Shown here piece after piece: positions 1-9,987 of a stretch of 64,000 nucleotides of DNA (the first letter of the stretch is position 1; every line of letters starts with the position of its first letter). The DNA comes from Candidatus Zixiibacteriota bacterium (GTDB lineage: Bacteria > Zixibacteria > MSB-5A5 > JAABVY01), in assembly GCA_011056555.1 (NCBI GenBank), contig DSEQ01000025.1:3736-67735 (forward strand), read 5' to 3'. The position numbers and the translations under genes were made by a program. The notes under the pieces are model-generated. The model made no database searches and was not told where the DNA came from. It saw only the letters and a program-made list of their open reading frames with translations.

Positions 1-626
1 TGGAGAATGGAACACATGAAGCCAAATCTCTGATAGCCGAACTGACCTACGATTCGGAAATGATGACATATCATTCGACCGCGTACAATACTCAGCTTGT
101 CAATACCGACAGGCCGGTCTTTACCAAGACCCTGGAGTACGAGAATAAAGTCTCGGTTTCTGCCGCAGTGTTGGGGCAGGGACAGGTATTTGCCGGTTCC
201 GGGACGATCGCGACAATTCGCTTTGACAATGTCAGAAGCCAGGGTCCCGAACTGACCTTAACCCGGGCCGATATCCGCAACAATGACAACAAGAAGCTCC
301 TGGGCGACTTCACCGCACAGACTATAATGGCTTCGGCGGCATTGCCGGAGGCCTATGAGCTGTTCCAGAATCGTCCCAATCCATTCAATCCAGAGACAGA
401 AATCGCCTACAGCCTGCCCGAAGAGACTCATGTTACCATCAAGGTTTACAATATCGCAGGTCAAGTTGTAAGCACACTGGTGGATGAGGTCAGGCCGGCT
501 GGAATTCACAAGGTTACATGGAACGGCACCAATCAGAGCGGTTCCAGAGTAGCCTCCGGCGTCTACTTCTATCGTATGGAAACCAGTACATTCCGGAAAA
601 CCATAAAAATGATTCTGGTGAAATAG
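1..626 (+). CDS. 5'-truncated secreted protein with a T9SS (Por) C-terminal sorting domain; the reading frame is open to the window start
   Basis: C-terminal ~80 aa (NRPNPFNPETEIAYSLPEETHVTIKVYNIAGQVV...GVYFYRM) is a typical T9SS CTD/FlgD-Ig-like tail. No stop between position 3 and the first ATG at 60. Confidence 0.6.
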   Translation, partial: ENGTHEAKSLIAELTYDSEMMTYHSTAYNTQLVNTDRPVFTKTLEYENKVSVSAAVLGQGQVFAGSGTIATIRFDNVRSQGPELTLTRADIRNNDNKKLLGDFTAQTIMASAALPEAYELFQNRPNPFNPETEIAYSLPEETHVTIKVYNIAGQVVSTLVDEVRPAGIHKVTWNGTNQSGSRVASGVYFYRMETSTFRKTIKMILVK

Positions 627-682
627 ATTCAAACATGATCCGGAGGGGGGATTATCCCCTCCGGATTATTGAGGTACATATT

Positions 683-1765
683 ATGAGACATCCTTTGAAA
701 TTGCTTACTATTTTGACTGTCGGGCTGTTCTGCATACTTTATCCTGCCGTACTTGCGTCACAGGACGGCTCGGGACACGTACTCATTTCGCCTGAAGAAA
801 CAACCGTTACCATCGACGACACCTTCAGTATCTTTCTGGCAATTGATACTGTTGAGCTGGTAAAGGATTTTCTGGTCGATATACAGGTGGATACCAATAT
901 AATCAGACTGGACAGCTGTAAGCGGGTCAGTACATTTTTCACCGGACCCAGCGGAGCATTCACATACTGGAAAGATACCGTACAGTATTTCGGAGAAAAT
1001 GATTCGGCTTATGTCTACGAAATCCAGGGTTCGATCTTCGGCCCGGGCAATTTTGTCAATGGCCCCGGTGATTTGGTGCGGATGAAATACACCGCCGTGG
1101 GATACGGCATCAGCCCGGTTGACTTCCGTTACTATGAGTTCAGGGATACACTGGTTGATCCCCAAACCCATATGGGAAATATTATCGAACTCGAGGGAGC
1201 TCTGGACGGACAGGTTATCGTCTGTCCCACCGACCAGGCAATCATTTATGCCGGCCCGAACGATATTGGCTTTTTGTCTGAGAACGGACAAACTCCCGAT
1301 CCTCAAATATTTTCTGTGGCCAATCCATGCTTCGGGGATTTGCAGTGGGAGGCGTCGGAAAGCTGCAACTGGTTTGAGCTGAATTCTTATTCCGGAACAG
1401 CTCCCTCCGATATCACGGTTAGTATCGATATAAGCGGAGTCAATCCCGGTCTCTACCTCGACTCAATTGCAATAAGCTCCCTTGATGCGGCCAACTCGCC
1501 TCAATATGTGAGGGTGTCTCTGGAATTGACGCAGTCCTATCTTTGCGGTGACGCCAACGGTGATGGGAGTATCAATGTCTCGGATGCGGTTTACATCATA
1601 AATTACGTTTTCATAGGAGGCGCTGCGCCCGAACCGATGGCCTCGGGCGAGGTGAATTGTGACGGAAATGTCAATGTCAGCGATGCTGTCTGGATAATAA
1701 ATTATGTCTTCATAGGAGGCAACGCGCCCTGTGATGTGGATGGAGATTTGGAGCCTGACTGTTAG
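683..1765 (+). CDS. secreted protein with a cohesin-like beta-sandwich region and a C-terminal type-I dockerin repeat pair
   Basis: Signal peptide MRHPLKLLTILTVGLFCILYPAVLA at an internal ATG of the listed ORF (the upstream part overlaps the preceding gene). Two dockerin Ca-binding repeats: DANGDGSINVSDAVYIINYVF and VNCDGNVNVSDAVWIINYVF. Confidence 0.6.
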   Translation: MRHPLKLLTILTVGLFCILYPAVLASQDGSGHVLISPEETTVTIDDTFSIFLAIDTVELVKDFLVDIQVDTNIIRLDSCKRVSTFFTGPSGAFTYWKDTVQYFGENDSAYVYEIQGSIFGPGNFVNGPGDLVRMKYTAVGYGISPVDFRYYEFRDTLVDPQTHMGNIIELEGALDGQVIVCPTDQAIIYAGPNDIGFLSENGQTPDPQIFSVANPCFGDLQWEASESCNWFELNSYSGTAPSDITVSIDISGVNPGLYLDSIAISSLDAANSPQYVRVSLELTQSYLCGDANGDGSINVSDAVYIINYVFIGGAAPEPMASGEVNCDGNVNVSDAVWIINYVFIGGNAPCDVDGDLEPDC

Positions 1766-1779
1766 GGAGGAAAATCTAT

Positions 1780-2490
1780 ATGAAAAATAAAATAATTGTG
1801 ATTATCATGCTGATAATCGTCTCAAATTGCACTGTACTTTTTGGCCAAATGCCGGAAATGGCGCTTATGCCTCAGCTGAGCTATACTTCGGGAGCAGGCA
1901 CATTCGATATAAAACTCCAGTTGCTTTCTAATATTTACGACCTCAAAGCATACTCGGTGGCGATACAATTCGATTCCACAATGATCGAAACCCATCCGGA
2001 CAGCATCTGGGAAGGGCCATTGCTGGGCAGCACCGGCGCGCCCACCTTCTTCTGGGCAGGATTCTCGCCCGATTCGGGCACGCTTTACATCGATGGCGCT
2101 ATTCTCGGAGATGGCATAACCACCGGTTCTATAGGAGAATTGGCAACTATTCGGTTCAATGCAGAAAATCCGGTGATACCCGGAGAGTGTCCCCTGAATT
2201 TTATCTCCGTGCGCGCCAGGGATGCGACCAACAGCCCGCTCTATTATGACACTGTAAATGCCACAGTTATAATATGCGAGTATCTTCTGGCTGATGCCAA
2301 CGGTGATGGCACAATCAATGTCTCAGATGCGGTGTACATAATTAATTTCATCTTTGTCGGCGGGCCCGCTCCCGATCCCCTTCTGGTGGGGGACGCAAAT
2401 TGCGATGATACTGTAAATATCAGCGACGCGGTTTATATAATTAATTACATCTTTGTCGGCGGCGATCCGCCCTGCCGCGTATGTTATTGA
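1780..2490 (+). CDS. secreted cohesin-like / dockerin-repeat protein (paralog of the previous gene)
   Basis: N-terminal signal peptide and a cohesin-like middle region. Two dockerin repeats (DANGDGTINVSDAVYIINFIF, DANCDDTVNISDAVYIINYIF). Good RBS GGGAGG upstream. Confidence 0.6.
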   Translation: MKNKIIVIIMLIIVSNCTVLFGQMPEMALMPQLSYTSGAGTFDIKLQLLSNIYDLKAYSVAIQFDSTMIETHPDSIWEGPLLGSTGAPTFFWAGFSPDSGTLYIDGAILGDGITTGSIGELATIRFNAENPVIPGECPLNFISVRARDATNSPLYYDTVNATVIICEYLLADANGDGTINVSDAVYIINFIFVGGPAPDPLLVGDANCDDTVNISDAVYIINYIFVGGDPPCRVCY

Positions 2491-2862
2491 TTCTCAGTTT
2501 CTGATAAATAACCAACGGCTTAAACCGGGCAGAATTGACCGATTTTGAATCTCAGTCTGCTGGTGGGCTGATGGACGATCCATATTTTGTAGCGGCGTTT
2601 GCACAATTATCCGTTTGAAGCATGATGCGCTTTTACAACAAATAAGGGCTGTTTCTGAGGTCATATTTACCCGCAGAAGCAGACTTTCTTTTTGACACAA
2701 TCTTATCTGCATGTCCCCCAATTCATTAATAATTAAATTTGTAGAGCATTTCCCGGCACGGCTATTGCATAAGGATTTATTTAGTGGGGTTGGGTAGGCA
2801 ACCCTGATATTTGGGGGGAAGCCTTCTCGACTAGGGGCGAGCTCGTGAAGGTTCCAATTGAG

Positions 2863-2895
2863 GCCGGCAATCTTATAAGTTGCCGGCCTTTTTGA
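2863..2895. terminator. rho-independent terminator-like hairpin (gccggcaa-N9-ttgccggc followed by a T-run), orphaned about 370 nt downstream of the nearest gene
   Basis: Perfect 8-bp GC-rich stem plus TTTTT on the + strand. No ORF ends nearby. Confidence 0.4.
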
Positions 2896-3035
2896 GATTT
2901 CCCGCCAGCCCCATGAATTCAAGCTGTTTTCGGTATAAGTCTAATCCCCCGGATGTCGATACGCCTCGGGATCAACAAAATAATTGACATTTATATCCTT
3001 TTTGATATATTCCAGCGGCTTTAAAATAGAAGCGT

Positions 3036-5255
3036 GTGATGAAAATTCTTCCGATCTCTATCGCCCTGTTTATCTGCATCTTGAGCTGCGGTTCATCCGG
3101 GATGAATCCTGCTGAAGCGTTCAATCTGGAAATCGTTGAAGAACCATCCAGGCTACCATACCGCTTTACCGGCACGGGATGCACAAATTCCTGGAAATTT
3201 CCTATCAGCCTGGACAGCAGCGGAATACCCGCTCTCTACATCGTCCAGAATAACTGGCGAAAGCCGAGCGACTTATCATCCATCATCTTCAAATGGGAAG
3301 ACAAGGAACGCGACAATATCATAGCCCAGTTCAATGCCCGAACGGTCTTTATCATCTCCCATTATTCCGGCGACTTCGATCACGACTATGTCGAGGAGCT
3401 GGCCATAACCTATCTTATCGGCGATACGGTCTGGCTGGAGATTCTGGAACCCTTTGAAGAGAAGCAACATCGAATTCTGCTTGAGGTCGGGGAAGATTTT
3501 GACAGCAGTGGCAGCTGGGATGGCACCGTATTCGCTTTCAACGATTTCGATATGAATGCTGACGGCTTCAATGAAATCTTCGTAAGTGTTTCAGCCGGAT
3601 ATGACCTTTCTCCCAGATACCTGGCCTGTGTCGACTGGAAAAAAGAATCCATTATCTGGAAATATGACATGCCCCCTTATATCTCATTCGATCATTCCTA
3701 TATACTCCGGGATCCGAATTCCGGTGAGCATGTCCTGCTCTTCGGGGCAGGTTCGTTTTGCAACGGAGTGGAGGGCAATGGCCTTGATGACTGCCATTCC
3801 TATTTGATATGCGTGACCCTTGAGGGCGGGATGCTGTGGCAGAAGGAGATGGGCGGCAGATATACACATACCCATCCGGAACTCATCGATTATGACAATG
3901 ACGGCAAGCCCGATATCATCACGGAAATCTATCCCGAAGAAGATGATAGGCAGACCAGAGATATCATTATAGTTGATATTATGGGCAACACCCTGGATTA
4001 CATTATGATGGAAAAATATCTGAAAAATATGCAAATGTTCGATATCGACCTGGACGGGCAAGAGGAACTCTGCCTGTACTTTGGCGACAATTCCATTGAA
4101 TGTTACAATGATCAGCTTGAACTTGAAGTGTCCTTTAGCTGCGGGGCTCCACTGAGCTTCAGGGACAGTTATGACTTCATAAATCAGGGCAAACCGCAAT
4201 TCATTTGTAATGTAAGAGGAATCGGGCTGGCGCTTTTCGACTCAGAATTTAGACAGCTTGCCTTTTTGGATGAAGAGGATCCGGTTGAGGTATTCAAGTC
4301 TGATGCGGCGCTGGCGAATATCTTTGTACGGAATCCATCCGGCGGCTGCTCGTACAATATCGACAAGGCTCCCTGGCAAAGCGTTTTCTCCCGCTACCCG
4401 ATCCTGGCCTTCCTGGCCGGATTCATACCCTTATCGATAATCATCGCGGTTACCTGGATTATTCTCTTGAAATTCAGGCAGAAGAATAAGACCATTGCAC
4501 AGCAGCGAGATTCGCTTGACAATACCTTGAAAGAATTGAGGCAAACACAGCAGAAACTGATTGAAGCCGAAAAATACAAACAGGCCAAGGACATGGCTGG
4601 CGGCTTTGCACATGAGATTCGCAATGCCCTTTTCCCCGCCAAGGCCTCTATCAAAAAGATCGAAAGCGATCTTCGCAAAAGCGATCAGGCAGATTCGGGT
4701 ATTCCAAAGCTCACCCTGCTTGCCAGTACCGCCATCAGCAAAGCTATCGAGCTGACCAATCTGATTTCTCAATATACAAGGCTTGACTCGATTTACCAGC
4801 CCGAGAATGTAAATATTCACTCGATTATAGAGGAAGTGCTGGAGACCAACGAGTTGCGGCTCAAAGAGAATTCTGTTGAAATCAATCTTGAGGGTTCGGA
4901 TCAGGTCTGCATCGAGTCGAACCGCCGGCAGTTCTTTTCGGTCATAAACAATCTGCTTCTAAACAGCATAGATGCCATGAAGGATAAATCCGAGCGAAGG
5001 ATTGATATTTCCTGGTCCCATAATGAGAGTTCGGTATATCTTAAATTTCGCGATAGCGGCGGCGGCATCCCGCTCGAACTTCAGGAATCGGTGTTCAATG
5101 CCTTCCGATCCTATAAAAAAGAAAAGGGAATCGGCCTGGGCCTGGCAATAGTCAAGCGCGTTGTCGAGATGTATGGGGGCACAATTTCGGTCACGAGCCA
5201 ACCCGGGACGGGCACGAGCTTCAATCTGAAGCTAAAATCTTCGAAGTGCCCGTAG
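3036..5255 (+). CDS. sensor histidine kinase with a large periplasmic repeat (FG-GAP/beta-propeller-like) sensor domain; lipoprotein-type signal peptide
   Basis: Signal/lipobox LSCGSS. A TM helix at about residues 445-470. HisKA H-box (FAHEIRNALFP) and HATPase_c motifs (N, G1 DSGGGIP, G2 GIGLGL). No adjacent response regulator. Confidence 0.85.
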   Translation: MMKILPISIALFICILSCGSSGMNPAEAFNLEIVEEPSRLPYRFTGTGCTNSWKFPISLDSSGIPALYIVQNNWRKPSDLSSIIFKWEDKERDNIIAQFNARTVFIISHYSGDFDHDYVEELAITYLIGDTVWLEILEPFEEKQHRILLEVGEDFDSSGSWDGTVFAFNDFDMNADGFNEIFVSVSAGYDLSPRYLACVDWKKESIIWKYDMPPYISFDHSYILRDPNSGEHVLLFGAGSFCNGVEGNGLDDCHSYLICVTLEGGMLWQKEMGGRYTHTHPELIDYDNDGKPDIITEIYPEEDDRQTRDIIIVDIMGNTLDYIMMEKYLKNMQMFDIDLDGQEELCLYFGDNSIECYNDQLELEVSFSCGAPLSFRDSYDFINQGKPQFICNVRGIGLALFDSEFRQLAFLDEEDPVEVFKSDAALANIFVRNPSGGCSYNIDKAPWQSVFSRYPILAFLAGFIPLSIIIAVTWIILLKFRQKNKTIAQQRDSLDNTLKELRQTQQKLIEAEKYKQAKDMAGGFAHEIRNALFPAKASIKKIESDLRKSDQADSGIPKLTLLASTAISKAIELTNLISQYTRLDSIYQPENVNIHSIIEEVLETNELRLKENSVEINLEGSDQVCIESNRRQFFSVINNLLLNSIDAMKDKSERRIDISWSHNESSVYLKFRDSGGGIPLELQESVFNAFRSYKKEKGIGLGLAIVKRVVEMYGGTISVTSQPGTGTSFNLKLKSSKCP

Positions 5256-5275
5256 TCTTTTCACTGATAGAGCTA

Positions 5276-6664
5276 TTACTGCCTATCGATGGCTGTTTTG
5301 TAAGGTGTAAATCCGGGGACTCCCTTGTGCATGGTCAGGTCGGGCTTATGGAAAGCGGGATCGTCCCTGATCGTCTTAAGGAGCCTCTCTCGTTCTTCGT
5401 CAGTGGCAAGATGTGCAATCCCCACAGCCCGTTCACCCATACTGAGGCTCTTGGGATCAAAGGCGCCATTCTCCGTCACCAGTATAACACGATCGGCTGG
5501 TATTGCAGTTGTAGTGATCCCGGCCGGGCATCTGTCAACGATTTTCGACCTGCCGTCGCGGGTGACTGATTTCATAGCGATTATGGCAACCCCTCCGGGA
5601 GAATACTGCGCCCCCCTGATAAAGTCGCTTTGGCCGCCGATCCCGCTGTAAATCCTGCGGGCATCCAGCGAATCGGCCCAGATATTACCGTGCAGGTCGA
5701 CCCCGATAGCCGAATTGATCGCCACCATATTGGGCTGCTGGGCGATCACAAAAGCATTATTGGTGTAATCCGAGGGCCGGCTTTGCACCGCACTATTGAA
5801 ATGAAGCCACTCGTAACCTTTCTGATCCTTGGCCAGGAAAATCGAGGAGACTGAGAAGTTGATCCGCGGCTTCCACTTATTGGTCACCAGACCCTTCTTC
5901 ACCAGCCGCATCATAGCATCGGCAAACAACTCCGTGTGTATCCCCAGGTGCTGGCAGTTTTTTTTGAGAATGGCCGAGGTAACCGCTTCAGGCACTTCCC
6001 CGATACCATACTGGAGGGTGGAACCGGGCGTCTTGCCGCTGCCGTCTTTGATATACAGGGCGGCAATAATTTCACCGATTCTCATGGCCTTCTTGTCGGG
6101 TTTTTGAACCGGGCTTACCGGCAGGGGATAATCCGCATCAATCAAATAGTCTATATATCGCTGAGGAATTGCGGTGCCACCTACAAAGGGCATGCGGGCG
6201 TTGCGCTCGGCTATCACCACACCGCCCTTGTCGCGGGCGGAGCGGATTGCCGCCAGGACCGCCTCCACCGTCGTACCCAGGCTGTAATTGCCGCCGTTAT
6301 CAGGTCCGGCCACCGAACACAGAACCACGTTGGGACCGTCAGGCTCGGGCGCATAGCGCGGTATCTCGGAAAGATGCATGGGATGATATTTGGCCCAGCC
6401 CTGATTGACCGCTTCCCTGGTCAGGAGGCTGTTGAATATCACCCTGTGGGTTATACTCTGACAGCGCTCTTTGGAAAACAGGGGCCTGATCCTCTCACCA
6501 AGCGGCAGCACACAGAATAAAGCGACATGCTTGATATCCATATCCCTGGCAAGCTGCTCCAGGAGGACCTGCGGAGTAGCGGCATTACCGGAAGTATAGA
6601 TCACGCTTCCGGGCTTCAGGATCTTCGGATTTATTACGCTTTCAACTCTTTTGACAATTTTCAT
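5276..6664 (-). CDS. acetyl-CoA hydrolase/transferase family protein (4-hydroxybutyrate/succinyl-CoA:acetate CoA-transferase-like)
   Basis: Full-length (462 aa) similarity pattern to the AcH/Cat1/AbfT family. Convergent with the kinase gene. Confidence 0.75.
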   Translation of the reverse strand: MKIVKRVESVINPKILKPGSVIYTSGNAATPQVLLEQLARDMDIKHVALFCVLPLGERIRPLFSKERCQSITHRVIFNSLLTREAVNQGWAKYHPMHLSEIPRYAPEPDGPNVVLCSVAGPDNGGNYSLGTTVEAVLAAIRSARDKGGVVIAERNARMPFVGGTAIPQRYIDYLIDADYPLPVSPVQKPDKKAMRIGEIIAALYIKDGSGKTPGSTLQYGIGEVPEAVTSAILKKNCQHLGIHTELFADAMMRLVKKGLVTNKWKPRINFSVSSIFLAKDQKGYEWLHFNSAVQSRPSDYTNNAFVIAQQPNMVAINSAIGVDLHGNIWADSLDARRIYSGIGGQSDFIRGAQYSPGGVAIIAMKSVTRDGRSKIVDRCPAGITTTAIPADRVILVTENGAFDPKSLSMGERAVGIAHLATDEERERLLKTIRDDPAFHKPDLTMHKGVPGFTPYKTAIDRQ

Positions 6665-6757
6665 GAGGTTATAGATAATATGTTACAACAATAATTTCCA
6701 GCAATTTTATATCAAATCAGGTTTGCATCCCTTAAGTCCGGATCAAGATAAACACTT

Positions 6758-8026
6758 TCAATAATATATCTTAAACGAGACAAAATAAATATCCCCATAG
6801 CTTCCGAATTCGCTTTGAGGGACAACCGGGGGTACAATCGGTATTGCCTCTCTCTCCCTGAAGCCCTCGCCTATCCCGATAAAACCGCCCGCACTCAGGT
6901 ATATATTCTCTTCGATATTATACTCAACGCTGGGCGCTGCCAGCAGTGACGGATCGCCAAGATTGATGATCGCCTCCGCGTAGCCTGTTATAAGAGGCGT
7001 AATCTGGTATGAAAATCCGGGTGCCAGATAATGTTCTCCCAGAAAATATACCGAGCCCTCGCTATAAGCGGTTTGATTCAGCAGGCTGTAATAATCATCG
7101 GGGTCATTACTGCCGGCCTGGTTATAATGATATTCGATAAAGCTGTAGGTTCCGCTTCTAAAACTATAGTCCAGGCCGACAGAGCCGCGGAAGTATGATT
7201 CGTCTTCATCAAATCCATCATGTGACAAGGCGCCGGAAAAGACATACGCACCCTCAACCCAGAAACCTGCCCCGCCTATATAGCGCGTCAGATCAAATCC
7301 CAGCAGGAGATTTTCCCGGAATCCTATAACCATTCCGGAAATATCCGTGCGCTCTATATATGTTTTGCCCCGCAAGAAGAAGGCGCTATTCTCGAATTTA
7401 AAATCATCTCCGAAAACATATCCCAGGTCAAGTTCGCCCATAAAGCCCAGGGGATAGCGAATCCGCAGAGCATCAACGCCAATGCGATTTTCGATATCGA
7501 GCTCATTATATGGGAAAGGCGCCAGGACATCAGTGGGATTTATTACATGGGCCGAACCCCAGGCTATAGCCTGGCGGCCGAAATACAGGTCAAACTTCGG
7601 AAATGACAGGCTCAAATATGCCCGGTCGAGATTCTGATTTATCTTAAAGCTGCTTTCCTCGTCGTCATCTGGATATAACTCCCGCTCCAGATCAAGGGCG
7701 CGGTATCCATAACCGCGAGGATTAAAATCTAACAAGGCGGTCCTGTCCAACTGCTTATCCAGAATCACGGGGATCAAATTATATGAACAATGGAAATCCA
7801 CTTTCTCAGAAATCTCAAACCTGGTAGCAAGCCTAAGCCTGTTTGTGACCATCCCCATTAATCCAGGATCAGGGTCAGGGCCAGGGAAGGAGTGTTCAGG
7901 AAAATCAAGAACTGTTGAGAAATTCTTGTAATACCCGCCAATGCTGTACCAGTCCCCTTTCAAGATTGGAGGGCACCCGATCAGCATAATAATCATTATG
8001 ATCATAAGGCTGTTAATTTTTTTCAC
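6758..8026 (-). CDS. putative outer-membrane beta-barrel protein, last gene of the ABC export operon
   Basis: Signal peptide with lipobox-like LIGC. Alternating amphipathic strands, aromatic-rich, ends ...FKIYY. Stop of the upstream ATPase lies 4 nt away. Confidence 0.5.
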   Translation of the reverse strand: MKKINSLMIIMIIMLIGCPPILKGDWYSIGGYYKNFSTVLDFPEHSFPGPDPDPGLMGMVTNRLRLATRFEISEKVDFHCSYNLIPVILDKQLDRTALLDFNPRGYGYRALDLERELYPDDDEESSFKINQNLDRAYLSLSFPKFDLYFGRQAIAWGSAHVINPTDVLAPFPYNELDIENRIGVDALRIRYPLGFMGELDLGYVFGDDFKFENSAFFLRGKTYIERTDISGMVIGFRENLLLGFDLTRYIGGAGFWVEGAYVFSGALSHDGFDEDESYFRGSVGLDYSFRSGTYSFIEYHYNQAGSNDPDDYYSLLNQTAYSEGSVYFLGEHYLAPGFSYQITPLITGYAEAIINLGDPSLLAAPSVEYNIEENIYLSAGGFIGIGEGFREREAIPIVPPVVPQSEFGSYGDIYFVSFKIYY

Positions 8027-8029
8027 GAT

Positions 8030-8737
8030 TCAACCCTTTACCTCATCACGATCAACCTTGCCGTCTTTCAGAACAATCAGCCGCCGGGCCTTTTTCATCA
8101 CGCGCTGGTCGTGAGTTGAAAAGATAAATGTAATTTTGCTTTTCTCGTTCAGTTCACGCATGATCTCCATCAGGCTCTCGGCCGCCTCGGAATCGAGGCT
8201 GGCGGTGGGTTCATCCGCCAGCACAAGGGCCGGCTTCGATACCATAGCGCGCGCCACCCCCGCACGCTGCTGCTGTCCACCGGAAAGGCGGTTGGGACGG
8301 CGGTCGGCCATATCCTCCAATCCCAGATCGGCGAGAATTTTCTTCACCCGTTCATGTCGTTCTTTTTTTGGCACGCCCTGCAGGAGCATAACATATTCCA
8401 CATTTTCCTCTACAGTCAGCACAGGAATCAGATTGTTCGACTGAAAAATAAACCCGATATTATCGCGCCTGAAATCGGACAGCTCCTTTCCGCTCATCTC
8501 CGAAAGCAGCTTTCCAGAAAGCCGGACACTGCCCCCGGTAGCATCATCCAGCCCGGAGATGACATTCAGAAAGGTAGTCTTCCCGGAGCCGGAAGGCCCC
8601 ACAATTGCGGTGAACTCACCTTCATCAATGGTCAGGTCAATTCCACGCAGTGCTTTTACCGGGACTTTGTCTTCACGGTATTCTTTGACTATTCCCTGAG
8701 CCATGACTACATGATTATTTTCTTTTTTGTTCATCAT
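8030..8737 (-). CDS. ABC transporter ATP-binding protein (LolD/MacB/FtsE type)
   Basis: Walker A GPSGSGKT, Q-loop, signature LSGGQQQR, Walker B LVLADEPT, H-loop. RBS AGGAGA overlaps the stop of the upstream permease. Confidence 0.9.
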   Translation of the reverse strand: MMNKKENNHVVMAQGIVKEYREDKVPVKALRGIDLTIDEGEFTAIVGPSGSGKTTFLNVISGLDDATGGSVRLSGKLLSEMSGKELSDFRRDNIGFIFQSNNLIPVLTVEENVEYVMLLQGVPKKERHERVKKILADLGLEDMADRRPNRLSGGQQQRAGVARAMVSKPALVLADEPTASLDSEAAESLMEIMRELNEKSKITFIFSTHDQRVMKKARRLIVLKDGKVDRDEVKG

Positions 8738-8744
8738 CTATCTC

Positions 8745-9974
8745 CTAATGTGCTTTTCTCATAGCATTGACCGGTGTAAGCCGGGCGGCATAGATTGCCG
8801 GATAAAGGCTGACTATCAACGTGAAAACAAATACTAAAATCGGGTAAAGTATGAACTGCCCGGCTGTCATGACAGGATAGAGCGGCTCCCGGAAGGTCAC
8901 ACCGCTGTACTCGGATCCTGTGAAATCGAAACCGACATGGGTAAATATATAATTTACGATGAATCCCAGGACGATTCCTGCAACAGAACTGACAATAGCC
9001 AGCGCTCCGGCTTCGAAAACGATCAGGCGCGCCAGTTCAGCTTTCCTGGTACCGACTGCCAGAAGCACCCCGAACTCATACATCCTTTCGTACAACGACA
9101 TAAACAGGGCATTTATGATTCCCAGCGCCACAACGCCAAACAGAATCAGGCCGGTTATATATATGCTGAATCTTGATAATTCAAAAGCTGTCTGGAGCTG
9201 GGGCATTAGTTCGGCCCAGCCCTCGGCCGTATTTCCAAGCCGGGAATATTCATCCCAGAAAGGATGGTCCTTCTGCCTGCCTACTGATGATTGCCTGAAA
9301 TCGATTGCGATTTCATGCGCACTGTCTCCCAGGTTAAGCATCTCCCGTGCTTTATCCAGGCGCACGAAGGCCATGCCCTTATCGAGCTCATCCACATTCA
9401 TAAAATAAATCCCGGATACCCTGAAAAGCTCCTGGGCCAGGTTATCTGTCTGGACCTGCGCTGCGGTCAGCACCACGCGATCCCCAACTCCGACCTCCAG
9501 CCTTTCGGCCAGTTCCCTTCCGATAACCAAATTGCGTTCTCCCCCACCCGCCTCGAAATATGACCCTTTTTCCATCGCATCGTCAATCTGGGAGAGATGC
9601 TTTTCTGATTCGGGATTAATTCCCACCATGGTAACCGATCTCATATTCACAGGCGAACTGATAGCAGCATAAGAAAGCACCCTGACAGAAAAATTTTCGA
9701 CCAGTTCCTCATGCGCAAGCCTGCCGGTCAAGCTGTCCAGATTGGCAATGGTTTTTTCCACCGCATAGGTCTCCTGAAAACCCTCCCGGTGAATCTGTCC
9801 CTCACCCATGAATGATTCGGTGGCGGATTTAATCATATCCCTTTCCATCCCGATCATCAGAGCATCGACAAAGATGAGTGAAGCAAGTCCGATAGCCACC
9901 ACTGTAGAGGCAATCGCGGTGCGTCTTTTGTTGCGAAAAATATTGCGCCAGGCCAGCTTAATAAACATTATCAT
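8745..9974 (-). CDS. ABC transporter permease, FtsX/MacB/LolC-like (4 TM with a large periplasmic domain)
   Basis: N-terminal TM, ~200-aa periplasmic domain, C-terminal FtsX-type TM bundle. Typical 409-aa architecture. Confidence 0.85.
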   Translation of the reverse strand: MIMFIKLAWRNIFRNKRRTAIASTVVAIGLASLIFVDALMIGMERDMIKSATESFMGEGQIHREGFQETYAVEKTIANLDSLTGRLAHEELVENFSVRVLSYAAISSPVNMRSVTMVGINPESEKHLSQIDDAMEKGSYFEAGGGERNLVIGRELAERLEVGVGDRVVLTAAQVQTDNLAQELFRVSGIYFMNVDELDKGMAFVRLDKAREMLNLGDSAHEIAIDFRQSSVGRQKDHPFWDEYSRLGNTAEGWAELMPQLQTAFELSRFSIYITGLILFGVVALGIINALFMSLYERMYEFGVLLAVGTRKAELARLIVFEAGALAIVSSVAGIVLGFIVNYIFTHVGFDFTGSEYSGVTFREPLYPVMTAGQFILYPILVFVFTLIVSLYPAIYAARLTPVNAMRKAH

Positions 9975-9987
9975 ATTCGCATACTCC

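Noticed and set aside
758-1306. Long antisense ORFs inside well-supported genes (e.g. 758-1306, 5936-6520, 18067-18510, 27477-28361, 42015-42605, 59479-60306)
   Set aside because: They overlap high-confidence CDSs on the opposite strand, lack RBSs and have skewed composition. They are artefacts of GC-rich codon position 3.
1540-2470. Four ~75-bp DNA repeats (about 80% identical) that might be mistaken for a repeat or mobile element
   Set aside because: They are the coding sequence of dockerin Ca-binding repeat pairs in two paralogous genes.
2800-2895. Possible tRNA or tmRNA 3' end, suggested by ggttccaattgagg (T-loop-like) next to a terminator
   Set aside because: No T-arm or acceptor stem can be formed (the 49-65 pairing fails) and no CCA context. 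It does not fit a tRNA.
2494-2922. 142-aa minus-strand ORF in the leader region upstream of the sensor kinase
   Set aside because: No RBS, Cys/Arg/Ser-rich odd composition, and it overlaps the terminator hairpin. Most likely non-coding.
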